Shown: positions 39,533-49,649 of the stretch, piece by piece
How the letters are laid out: each line of letters opens with the position of its first letter
Position numbering within the stretch: position 1 is the first letter of the stretch
NCBI RefSeq assembly: GCF_006345805.1
Contig: NC_043006.1
Coordinates: 2,914,001 to 2,978,000, forward strand
Direction: 5' to 3'
Length of the DNA stretch: 64,000 nt
DNA from: Octopus sinensis
Lineage: Eukaryota
Notes under the pieces: model-generated
What the model saw: the letters and a program-made list of their open reading frames with translations, nothing else
What the model was told of the DNA's origin: nothing
Database searches by the model: none
Made by a program: the position numbers and the translations under genes

Positions 39533-39740
39533 TGTATGTTTGTGTGTCTGTGTTTGTCCCCCTAACATCGTTTGACAACCGATGCTGGTGTGTTTACATC
39601 CCCGTAACCTAGCAGTTTGGCAAAAGTGACCGATAGAATAAGTACTAGGCTTACAAAGAATAAGTCCTGGGGTCAATTTTCTCGACTAAATGCGGTGCTC
39701 CAGTATGGCCACAGTCAAATGAGTAAAACAAGTAGAGAGT
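39309..39740 (+). mobile_element. SINE family A, full length
   Basis: Head GGCGTAGGAGTGG, internal (AT)n, tail GCGGTGCTCCAGTATGGCC. Confidence 0.9.
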
Positions 39741-39888
39741 ATATGTACACACACACACACACACACACACACTTGTTCCCAGTCCTACATAGGTATATGT
39801 GTTGCTGTGTAAAGAGGATTCTTCGCAAGATACAAAAGTATTTCCTAATAAGGTCTGATTGTTTAGTGGATGGCTTATATGCTTATTA

Positions 39889-40155
39889 GGGAGGCGTGTG
39901 TCTTCGTGGTTAGGGCATTCAGCACATTTCATGTTGCTCCAGTTCACTCAGCTGGCAAAATTGAATTGTACCAGCAATTTAAATGTCTACCTATGTCACA
40001 TTCTATGCCAAGCTGAATTTCCTTGAGAACTACATTGAGGGTATGCATATCTGTGGAGCATTCAGCCACTTGCGTGTTCATTTCTCAAGCAGGCTGTTCT
40101 GTTAATCGGATCGACTGGAACACTTGTCATCATGACGAATGGAGAGCCAGGCCAC
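39889..40155 (+). mobile_element. SINE family B
   Basis: tRNA-like start GTGGTTAGGGCATTCAGC. TTTCATGTTGCTCCAGTTCACTCAGCTG is shared with family C, followed by a distinct body. Confidence 0.6.
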
Positions 40156-40159
40156 ATGC

Positions 40160-40325
40160 CCATCATCATCATCATTATCACAGCATCCATTTCCCATGCT
40201 GGCATGGGTTAGACAGTTTGGAGAGCTGTACCAGGCTCCACTCTGATTTGGCATGGTTTCTACGCTTGGATGCCTTTTGTAATGCTAACCACTCCAAGAG
40301 TGCAGTGGGTGCCTTTTATGTGTCA
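40160..40325 (-). mobile_element. RTE-tailed SINE family F, decayed
   Basis: (CAT)n...CCATGCTGGCATGGGTT...CACCAGGCTCC-like...CCACTCC...GTGGGTGC. Confidence 0.7.
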
Positions 40326-40511
40326 TCTTCATTTTTAAAATTAACAGAGCTATCTTCTATGTTTGCTTGCTTCTAGAACTGTAACCCATAACAACACTCT
40401 ACCTGAGTTATATCTGTGATGCACTCTTTAGGTTTTAGCTGTATTGCATTTAATTTTTCACTTTAAAGTTGGGGAGGTGAGACTGAAAATTTTTTCCTTG
40501 GTGCAATGCAA

Positions 40512-40795
40512 TCATCATCATTATCATCATCATCGTTTAACATCCATTTTCCGTGCTAGCACGGGTTGGACGGTTCGACTGGGGTCTGGGATGCCAGGGG
40601 CTGCACCAGGCTCCAGTCTGATCTGGCAGAGTTTCTACAGCTGGATGCCCTTCCTAACGCCAACCACTCCGCGAGTGTAGTGGGTGCTTTTTACGTGCCA
40701 CCTGCACAGGTGCCAGGGGAGTCCGGCATCGGCCACGATCAGTTGGTGCTTTTAACGTGCCACCGGCACGGAAGCCAGCCAAGGCGGTGCTGGAA
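40512..40795 (-). mobile_element. RTE-tailed SINE family F, young
   Basis: (CAT)n-CGTTTAACATCCATTTTCCGTGCTAGCACGGGTTGGACGG...GGATGCCCTTCCTAACGCCAACCACTCC. Confidence 0.8.
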
Positions 40796-41459
40796 TTTGA
40801 AAATCCAAATATCAAATTATAAGGAAAATATCCTTATTTGTAAACAACTAATGTCTGTCTGTGTTTATTGCATTTTCATGTCAGCTTTAGTTCACTCATA
40901 TAACAACTTTGTTTCTCTCTACCCGCATTTGCTTGTCCTATTGATATTTGAGCTAACCTTCACTCTCTAGCCCTGTCCGTCCTAACCTATCCTCACCAAC
41001 CATTAATTTTGTTTTTGATATTCAAACCCCCCACCCCACCACCACCACCACTGCATTACAGAAGCATTGCATCACCTTATATCTTGTAAAGCGGAAATTT
41101 CATATCATGAACTTTTTATTTTCCCGTGACCTCAGAGTAACTTGGAAGTCAATGGGAAATAATAGATGCCATGGTTGGAAATTCCATATTTCAGTCAAAT
41201 TTTCCCGAACACAACACTTGTGTAATATGATGATGCTTGTGTTTTAGTTTGTTTCTCTTTCTCCTTGTTACTATTCTTGTTGTTGGTCTTCCATATTTTG
41301 ATAATATTGGATGGATTCTAATGGCTCTACTTAAGAAAGCTTGTAAGGCCAGTGGAGCTAACCTCCAGTGGTGAAGCCTGTGTTATGTAATGCCAGGTAC
41401 ATTAAGTAATGTAGTCACAGGTATACTGCATCTGGGAAGGAAGAAGCAGGATAACCAGT

Positions 41460-41751
41460 ACCGTTCTATATTTAAGAGATGAGGAATTATGTACATTATT
41501 TACATTTGACGGATATTTGCCCTAATCTTGTTCGTTGTTAACACATTTTGGCTGATATGCCCTCCAGCCTTCATCAGGTGTCTTGGGGAAATTTTGAAAA
41601 ATACCTTAGGAATGAGAATCCAGGTTCGAAATTTCCCCAAGACACCTGATGAAGGCTGAAGGGTATACCAGCCGAAACGTTGTGTTAACAACAAACAAGT
41701 TGAGGATCAATATCCGTCAAATGTAAATAACGTAAATAATGTAAATAATGT
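41460..41751. mobile_element. Fold-back retroposon insertion of Penelope-like type, with 12-bp TSD
   Basis: Inverted arms 41493-41595 and 41627-41733 (about 12 substitutions plus a 3-nt gap) around a 31-nt loop. It ends in a tandem AAATAATGT tail. The direct repeat AGGATAACCAGT flanks it at 41448-41459 and 41752-41763. Confidence 0.85.
41641..41686 (+). ncRNA. Minimal type I hammerhead ribozyme motif
   Basis: GACAC (stem I 5') CTGATGA A GGCTG-AAGGGTATAC-CAGCC (stem II) GAAAC GTT (NUH; palindromic AACGTT as helix III) GTGTT (stem I 3', one G-U pair). Predicted cleavage is after 41681. Confidence 0.75.
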
Positions 41752-42887
41752 AGGATAACCAGTGTTGGGACATCTGGACACCTTTGACCATAGGTCTGCT
41801 CAGCCAGAGATAACCTGCGGCTAAATGACGACAGCAACAACAACATCAACAACCAATGAAACCTTATAAGCTATTTGGCTATGAATGCTTCTGCTATTTA
41901 TTTTATCAATTCCCAAAGCAAAGTGAAATTAAGTGAACCTTGTCAGAGTTTTAAATCTGAAACTGTGAAGCACTAAGTTGACTGCTAAAATTAATTAACC
42001 AATTTAGCCTGACTCGTTTAGCAGACACACTCACCACCCCTTCTTCAGTCAGCTGTTGGTTGTTGTAAAATTGGTAATTAAATGGAGCAATATTACATCT
42101 CTCCATTAACACATGTAAGTTGCTGAATCGGTAGAGCTACAAATAAAGTGACTTGCGCTGTTTAGTGACAGCTATTCTGTCAGCAACCTAGTTCTGGGTT
42201 TGTTTTAAATCAACTTCCATCTTCTCAGAGAAGTGACTTTGTACTTATGTTAGAACTTGTTGTTTTTCTTGGTTATTTTACAATTTATTCACTCATAATT
42301 TTTAATTCTTTTTCCAATTAAATTTTCCTTTGTTGTGTAGTTTATTTTCGAGTAGAAATTGTTGTTCATCCACGGGAAACAACAGGTTTTCTAAATAATC
42401 TGAACAACTTAATAGTTACGTAAATAATCTCTTCTATCAGCTTCACTCTTTAAGCATTTAAACTGACCAAATTCAACCCAAATATTCTTCCTGTTTTATG
42501 TTCCAGCTGGCCAGATCTGGCTTCTCGTGCTTATCCTACCATGTCATTCATAAAACAAACTGACGCATCATTGAAATCTTGAAGCTACAAGATAATGCAT
42601 GATAAATTCAAAATTAATATGCATAAATAGGAATTATATTTGGCAGAATAATCTAAAGGTCAAAGGGTGAATGCTATTCCTGTCATAGTTACATCCATCC
42701 ATGTTTGTTTGTCTGTGCCATTATTTCAAAAGTTGCTCTTCCATACTAATCCATTTCGAAATCTTATATACCATCCCCCTGTCTCCTCTCACATCCTGGT
42801 TTTGAGAATCACCCTTCCCTTCTCTTTGGTACTTAGCATTTTACTTCATATTATTTACCATTTTTTAATTCTTTTATTTTTGGTCAA

Positions 42888-43475
42888 AGGCACAGGAGTG
42901 GCTGTGTGGTAAGTAGCTTGCTTATGAACCACATGGTTCTGGGTTCACTCCCACTGTGTGGCACCTTGGGCAAGTGTCTTCTACTATAGCCTCGGGCCGA
43001 CCAAAGCCTTGTGAGTAGATTTCGTAGACGGAAACTGAAAGAAGCCCGTCGTATATATGTATATATATGTATGTGTGTGTATATGTTTGTGTGTCTGTGT
43101 TTGTCCCCCCCCCCCAACATTGCTTGACAACTGATGGTGGTGTGTTTACGTTCCTGTAACTTAGCGGTTTGGCAAAAGTAACCGATAGAATAAGTACCAG
43201 GCTTCTAAAGAATAAGTCCTGGGGTCGATTTGCTCGACTAAAGGCGGTGCTGCAGCATGGCCGCAGTCAAATGACTGAAACAAGTAAAAGCGTAAAGGGA
43301 GCGAGCTGGCAGAATCCTTAGTGGCATCTTCTGTCTTCACATTCTTCACATTCCACCGATGTTGACCTTGCCTTTCATCCTTTCGAGGTTGATGATAAAG
43401 GTACCAGTCATGTACTGGGGGTGATGCAGTCAACTATCCCCCTTCCAATAGATTCCAGGCCTTGTGCCTATAACA
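42888..43475 (+). mobile_element. Young full-length family A SINE (42888-43295) directly followed by a family D SINE (43298-43475)
   Basis: The A copy retains most CpGs. The D copy starts GGGAGCGAGCTGGCAGAATC. Confidence 0.85.
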
Positions 43476-45920
43476 GACAGGATTATTCACCTATTGTTTA
43501 CGTTTTTCACTTCCCTGATCAATCACTGGAAGCCTATTTTTCTTTCCCTTCTATTATTGTCCACTCTCTGCCTTCAGGTTCCTTCATACTTCTCTCTTCT
43601 AATGAACTCTTATTCACCTTGTTACTTCATATCCTCCTGGGTTATGTATACCATAGACTATACAAAGGAAAAGTTTTGCTGTTGAATATCTTCGAATATA
43701 GTCTCTAATCCTTTACTACTTTCTGCTTCAATACAAACAAACATAGAGTATGTTTTGTTCTACTCATCATTGTCGTCATCATCAACATTGATCTAATGTT
43801 TTTTTCATATATTGACCAAATAGATTTGTGCAAGATGTATGTGCATGTACACACATGCGCATGCATGTGTGCATGAATTTAGCACACACAAACGTGTGGC
43901 TGCAGTTAGGCCATAGACATAAGCATGGCTGTGTGGTTAAGGCGATCGCTTTACAGTCATATATAGAGTTCAGTGTTCAGTCCCACTGCAGAGTGTAGCC
44001 TGGGTTTCATTTCTTTGACTGCACTCTTCAAGGCAGCTGGACTAGTTTTAATCCTGTGTTGGTATTTCATGAGTGATTATTAGTAGTAGTGGATTTACAA
44101 GCAGTGTCTTCATGGACAGTTAAAAGTAGTACTATTCCGTTGCTGACAAAATCCCATCACAGGATTGAAACTAGCTTGGCAGATCCCCTTTTTTCTGCCT
44201 ACACAGATATTTCATGTAAAGTCATATCTGTCTGTTACATACAATATTGGCTAAAATCTGTTGATATAGTCCTTAGTACAGTATAGTATTGAAACAAAAC
44301 ACTGTTGATGGCCCCTAATTCATATGGCTGTGTGTCTGGGCTTGTCCTGGTTAATGCTAACACTCTGCACTTTCACATGAAAGTATTGAGCTGAAAGCAG
44401 TGTTGTTTGTTGATCTTCTTTGTCAAGAAAACTTTCAAAGGCAAGTGGAATCTAAAAAAGAAAAAGAAACCTCTTGAAAAACAAGCATGGGTTAGTGACA
44501 GAAAAAATATCTGGCTGTAAAATAATGCCTCAATAATCATATTCATCCAACTCAGGCTAGTAAGGAAAAATGGATGTAAAACAAATTAACAAATCTATAT
44601 ATAGATATAAATATAAATATATGTGTCTATGTTCATCATTAATGTTTTGGGCTTGCTGGTTCTTGTCAAACCATCCAATCCATGCCAGCATTGAATTAAA
44701 AGTGGACGTTAAATGATTTTGTTGATAATTTTGCATGCATGATGATTTAACCCATTAAAATGGGTCAAAAAGAGTTTATGATAATTTTGGCCCATTAAGA
44801 TGGGTCAGAAGGAATTTATTGAGGCAGATTCTCTATGGCCAGACATATTTTTGTAACATTTTGGGAATGAATGGCATTCATTTACAACTACCATGCAATG
44901 TCAAGACAAGGTGGGAGAGAGAGAGAGAGAGAAACACACACACACACACACACATTCATTCAGTTTTCCATCTGCCAAATCTACTCACAAGGCTTTGGTT
45001 GACCTGGGGGGGGGGGCATGATAGTAGGAAACACTTGCCTAAAATACCACACCGTGAGACTAAACCTGAAACTATGTGATTGATAAGCAAAGGTAACCAC
45101 ACAGCTGTAGAAAATCTGCCTCAACAAATTCCAACCAACACATGCCAGCATGGAAAAGCGAATGTTAAAACGATGATGATTATTTTTTTCTAAATGGTCT
45201 CTCGCCTGCTTTATCAGTTTGACGTATTTATTCCGTTGGCTTTTGCTTTCAATTCTCCTATTTCCATCCTAAGTCGGTTAGTTCTCTGGTGTGTGTGCTG
45301 ACCAATCCTTGTCATGTTCTATTTCTTTTACTTGCTCTCTGACAAATAGTTTAACTGTTTTGCATTAACTTTCATGTGTTTCTGCCTGCATTTATTTATA
45401 AATATTTTCTCTGGACCTGATTAATTTATTTTTATAAGCTGCTATTATACTTTGTTAATCACGGACATGGCATACACAATGGGTATGTTTAGTGTAAATA
45501 AAAGTATGATATTTAAGTGCTGTAGGGTCAAACATTTGCTATCATTGATATAATAATAATAATAATAATAATAATATAAATACCTACTACCCTATGAAAA
45601 CTACATGTAAACTGTGTTTCCTCATTATCTGTAAACAAGTGGAAACTATTGCCAGAAGAAAAAATTTGTATGTTTCATTGAATCGCATCAAATTTTATCA
45701 GAAGTAAATATTTTGTAATTCACTTAATTTGAATTGATTTATAGAAGACATCTCCATACACACATCCTAATTACTTTCCAGTGGAAGTGTTCTCAGCATT
45801 TATCTCTAAACGATTACCACTTTACTATTATTGATATCTCAAAGTTCTCTAGTGGGCCTTTAAGACATCTAATCCCCTCTGTTAAGATGATCACGCACAC
45901 CACTTCCATAAGAAAGTTGT

Positions 45921-45975
<55 letters not shown>

Positions 45976-47436
45976 CTTTCAGTATACACTTTATTTACCT
46001 TTGTTAATATTTTATTGTTAATTTGCCTCAATTTACTTTACTGAGCAAATCAAAAAATTCTTGAATCAAGAGAAAGTTATTTTATGAAGGGCCATTGTCT
46101 TATGAGCTCCTAATTCATACAGAGAATTGAATGTAAAAGGGAAGAGAAATCAGGTTGTCGTGGTGGTTTATGGTGGTTTGAGGTACAGGTGAGAGAGGAT
46201 TTCGTAATACATCAGAGAATTTTTACTTTGAAATCTAAAAATGGTTATTAATGATTCCCAATGATTTGTAATAATGTAAAACTGAAGCCAGAAATTATAA
46301 ACTTGTTAATTATTAGAGTAGAAAATTTTACTTAGATGTGATTGGCAAACACTTTGTCTATTGATAAAATTTTGTGTCAGATGTTAAAAGGTTTGGCTAT
46401 TTACAATAGTTTTCAAGGAATGCAGGATAAAATAATAGCAATGGTGAACAGCAAAGACAGAGATTGAAATCCAGTTATTTATTAGCAGTGCTACACAATG
46501 CCTGTTATTTGAACAAGCAATGAAATAGGTCCAGCTTTTAATACCTGATGCATTTGTTTTGGTTTTCGTTTTGTTAACCCAGCCCTTTGCTATTGTATCA
46601 TGTCTTTTCTTTCTTTCTTTTTTATAATCTTTACAAATCAACTCTTAGCATAAAACTTTATTGTATCGTAGGAAGTGTAATATTAGACTTGTGGAAAATT
46701 CTGAAAGTTAAGCTTCTTTATTGTATATACTTTATTTAATCTTTATCTTCATTTATAATCAACTGAAAATTTAACTGGCTATTATTCACTATTAGTAGTT
46801 GGTACAAGGCTGTTACAACCTTCTATCAGAATGACTAACTAACATAAATACTTGTACAAATTACGTAAACAATTGTTGCTCCCATTTCTATCTGTTTAAT
46901 GGTAAATTTCTATAAATTACCCCTTGTTTTGATATACCAGCTAAACCAATTTAATATTCATATGCAATTAAGCAGTTGAATTTCCTACAATGGTGTGGAG
47001 CAACTCTCACCTTATTCTGGTTATATTGTATAATCATAATTCATATTAGAATTTTGGGCTATTTATTTACTCATCAAAATTAGGATTTGCTATAAACAAG
47101 AAGTTTGGCACCAGATGTGCTTTTTATGATCCTTATTGTAGATCAGATGTGCAAAACGTTTTCAATAACTGGGGTGAGTTGCAGGTGCAAAAGAAGTTAT
47201 GCTGGTGCAACTTTATCAAGCAAAAATAATGTATCTCTAATTTTACAAACTCGCATGTATGTGATATATATTAAATTACTGTTCTGGCCTTCAGGATTAA
47301 GCCATTTTTCACATATTGATAGACTGTGTGAGATTTCATTAGCAGGTGGTTTCAAATGTCGCCTGCAATCCCTCCCACTAATGTAGATCAGTCATCATTT
47401 CAATAAGTGGAAATAGAGGAGCTGGACATATTTATA

Positions 47437-47632
47437 TGGTTCTCAAATGATCATGCTACATGTAAATATCTGGTTCCCCAGTTATCATGCTACATAGATT
47501 TCCATGGTTCCCCAGTTATCATGCTACATATATTTCCATGGTTCCCCAGTTATCATGCTACATATATTTCCATGGTTCCCCAGTTATCATGCTACATAGA
47601 TTTCCATGGTTCCCCAGTTGCTATGCTACATT
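47437..47632. repeat. About 6 x 34-bp minisatellite TGGTTCCCCAGTTATCATGCTACATA(G/T)ATTTCCA
   Basis: Four complete units start at 47471, 47505, 47539 and 47573; degenerate units start at 47437 and 47607. Confidence 0.92.
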
Positions 47633-48249
47633 TCTACCACTTACATAAATTATTGCTACAACAAAGCTCTTCACAGGCAACACACTCATACACAGATCAT
47701 GTTGCTTGCTTTTAAATCAAATCTCACATTTTCATATTAATAATTCTCTTCATATCATGTTGCAACTCACAAAAACATAAACATGTTATTTATATCACTT
47801 TTAATCGTATGATACTCATTAAACGTTGCATATTCAAAGTCTGCTTTTTAAAAATCTATATAAAAAAACATATTTTGTGATATCGGTATGCTCTGTTACT
47901 CAAAGCCTTTTTACTGATTAATTGCTGATATTAATGGTTAGTTAAAATCACTTATAAATTGTTATATCTGGTTTGGGCTTTCATCAAATATTTTTTGTGA
48001 TTTTGTTTTTATTTTTATTTTTAAAATTTGTTAATTTACTAACTAGCATTTCATATACAAATAATACATCAGAGAGTATGAGTAATCAATGAAGGACTTT
48101 GATATTGTTAAATGTAAAAAAATAAGTAAAAGAGATTATTTTTGCATTTTAAGTTAACAGTTCAGTATAGGTTTTAGTTAATTAGACAATATTTGCATAT
48201 GTATATTAAGCAAATTAGATTTTTTTCATAGACTAAATTAATTAAAAAT

Positions 48250-48279
48250 GTTCTTGTCCTTTTTTTTTTCCAGGTGTGA
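48250..48279 (+). other. Strong 3' splice site TTCTTGTCCTTTTTTTTTTCCAG|GTGTGA (AG at 48272-48273)
   Basis: Long polypyrimidine tract plus CAG, 233 nt upstream of the second acceptor at 48506. Confidence 0.55.
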
Positions 48280-48506
48280 AATGAAGTTGTTACCACTTCC
48301 TGGGGAAACCAATACCCTGATGAAGCTCCTCACAGACCTGGATATTTCTTTTTTTTCAAATCTGCCAACACATTTGGAATACTATTATTATTATAGAAAT
48401 GACAATTTTCTACTTTCACCATAATGTTCATCTGTCCACACGGGTTTGTGTGGAATCTCCGTTTTGTTGATTCCTTTCCTTATTATTTCATCAATCACTG
48501 CCACAG

Positions 48507-49205
48507 ATGTGAGCAGTGTGCCGACTGAGTACATTAGCTGTCACACACACACACCAGTGGGAGGAGTGCTAGAAATGCAAATTAAGCAGGAAGTTTTAGA
48601 TTCTAATTATGAAGAGCAGAGTCAGCCAACCAGTAACTCAGAGTTTAAAAGAACCACTACAAGTGCCAACTCATCTGCTGATGCTAGTATTACAGACATT
48701 GACAATGGTGCCAGTGCAGCAGGAGACGATGCCAATAACACATCAAAGTCTCCTCAGCACTCCCCGACCCAAACTCCAAAAGAAGAAATTAATTCTCCTT
48801 CAGATAAAGAACATCTGCGCGAAGTCAGCAAAACTGAGCCACCTGACGAACGGGTTGGGTATGAAAGCAGCGATGGTGTTTTGGCACCCTCTAAAACTGA
48901 GGCACAGATGACACTTGCCCTTTCACCATCAGGGAATGCTTTGAGAATGTTGACTCCTCATATGATTCAAGGACAAATTCTAAACCAGCCTGGAATTCTC
49001 AGTGCTCTGGATCTTTCTAACAAATTGGTTTTGAGTGAAAATGGGAAAGAACTTGCTGGTTATAAAGATCGGCACCGAACTAATGCTGATATGCAGGCTG
49101 AACTTACATCTGATGACAGTATGGATTTTGATGATAATTTGTTTATGGAGCAAGAAATTGAGGATTTGATGAGACGCAAAGCAGATGGTCGAATACGACA
49201 TTCAG
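48507..49205 (+). CDS. Coding exon of an unidentified, probably nuclear regulatory protein; likely first coding exon, start ATG 48575 (MQIKQEVLDSNYEE...EQEIEDLMRRKADGRIRHS)
   Basis: This is the only long non-repetitive ORF in the window. It is bounded by CCACAG| (48506) and CAG|GTAAGC (49206); 699 nt, phase 1-1. Composition is acidic and Ser/Thr/Pro-rich with IKQE and ALDLS motifs. Protein-like character stops at the donor. Downstream exons were not found. Confidence 0.8.
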
Positions 49206-49649
49206 GTAAGCAAATGACTTTTGCACCATTTAATAACATTGAACGATTATTGTTGTTGTTGTTGTTATTATTCCCATCATCATCATTGTTAATACCACTG
49301 CTTTTTCTGAGCTGTGTACCACATATTTCTAATACCCCAGAAGTTAAAGAAAAAAAGTTTAATAGTTTGCCATTTTAGGGGTTTTTTATCCTTAATGTTT
49401 ATGCTTTATCTTGTCAAGGAACTGACCATGACTGCAAAGGAATTGGTTAATTCCTTTGTTTCTTGCTTTATCTGGAGACATAGTCCTCAGATAGAAAGAC
49501 GTTTAATTTGAAAAAAATTAAAGGGTTTAAACATGACATCTTATGTGATAACCAATTGATGAGAGAAGGGTTGGGATCACACATGGGGAAGAAGAGGAGG
49601 TTTTGAATAGAAGGTTCACCTTCTCTCTCTTCACTGAGAAGGACATGCC

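Noticed and set aside
41541-41585. A second active hammerhead on the minus strand
   Set aside because: The core reads CAGCC-AAAAT-GTGTT; the GAAAC and GUH cleavage site are lost.
48446-48506. Hydrophobic signal-peptide-like N-terminus of the 310-aa ORF
   Set aside because: It starts at TTG and is simply the translated polypyrimidine tract before the acceptor at 48506. The LLLLLLL tail after 49205 is likewise intronic (TTG/TTA repeats).
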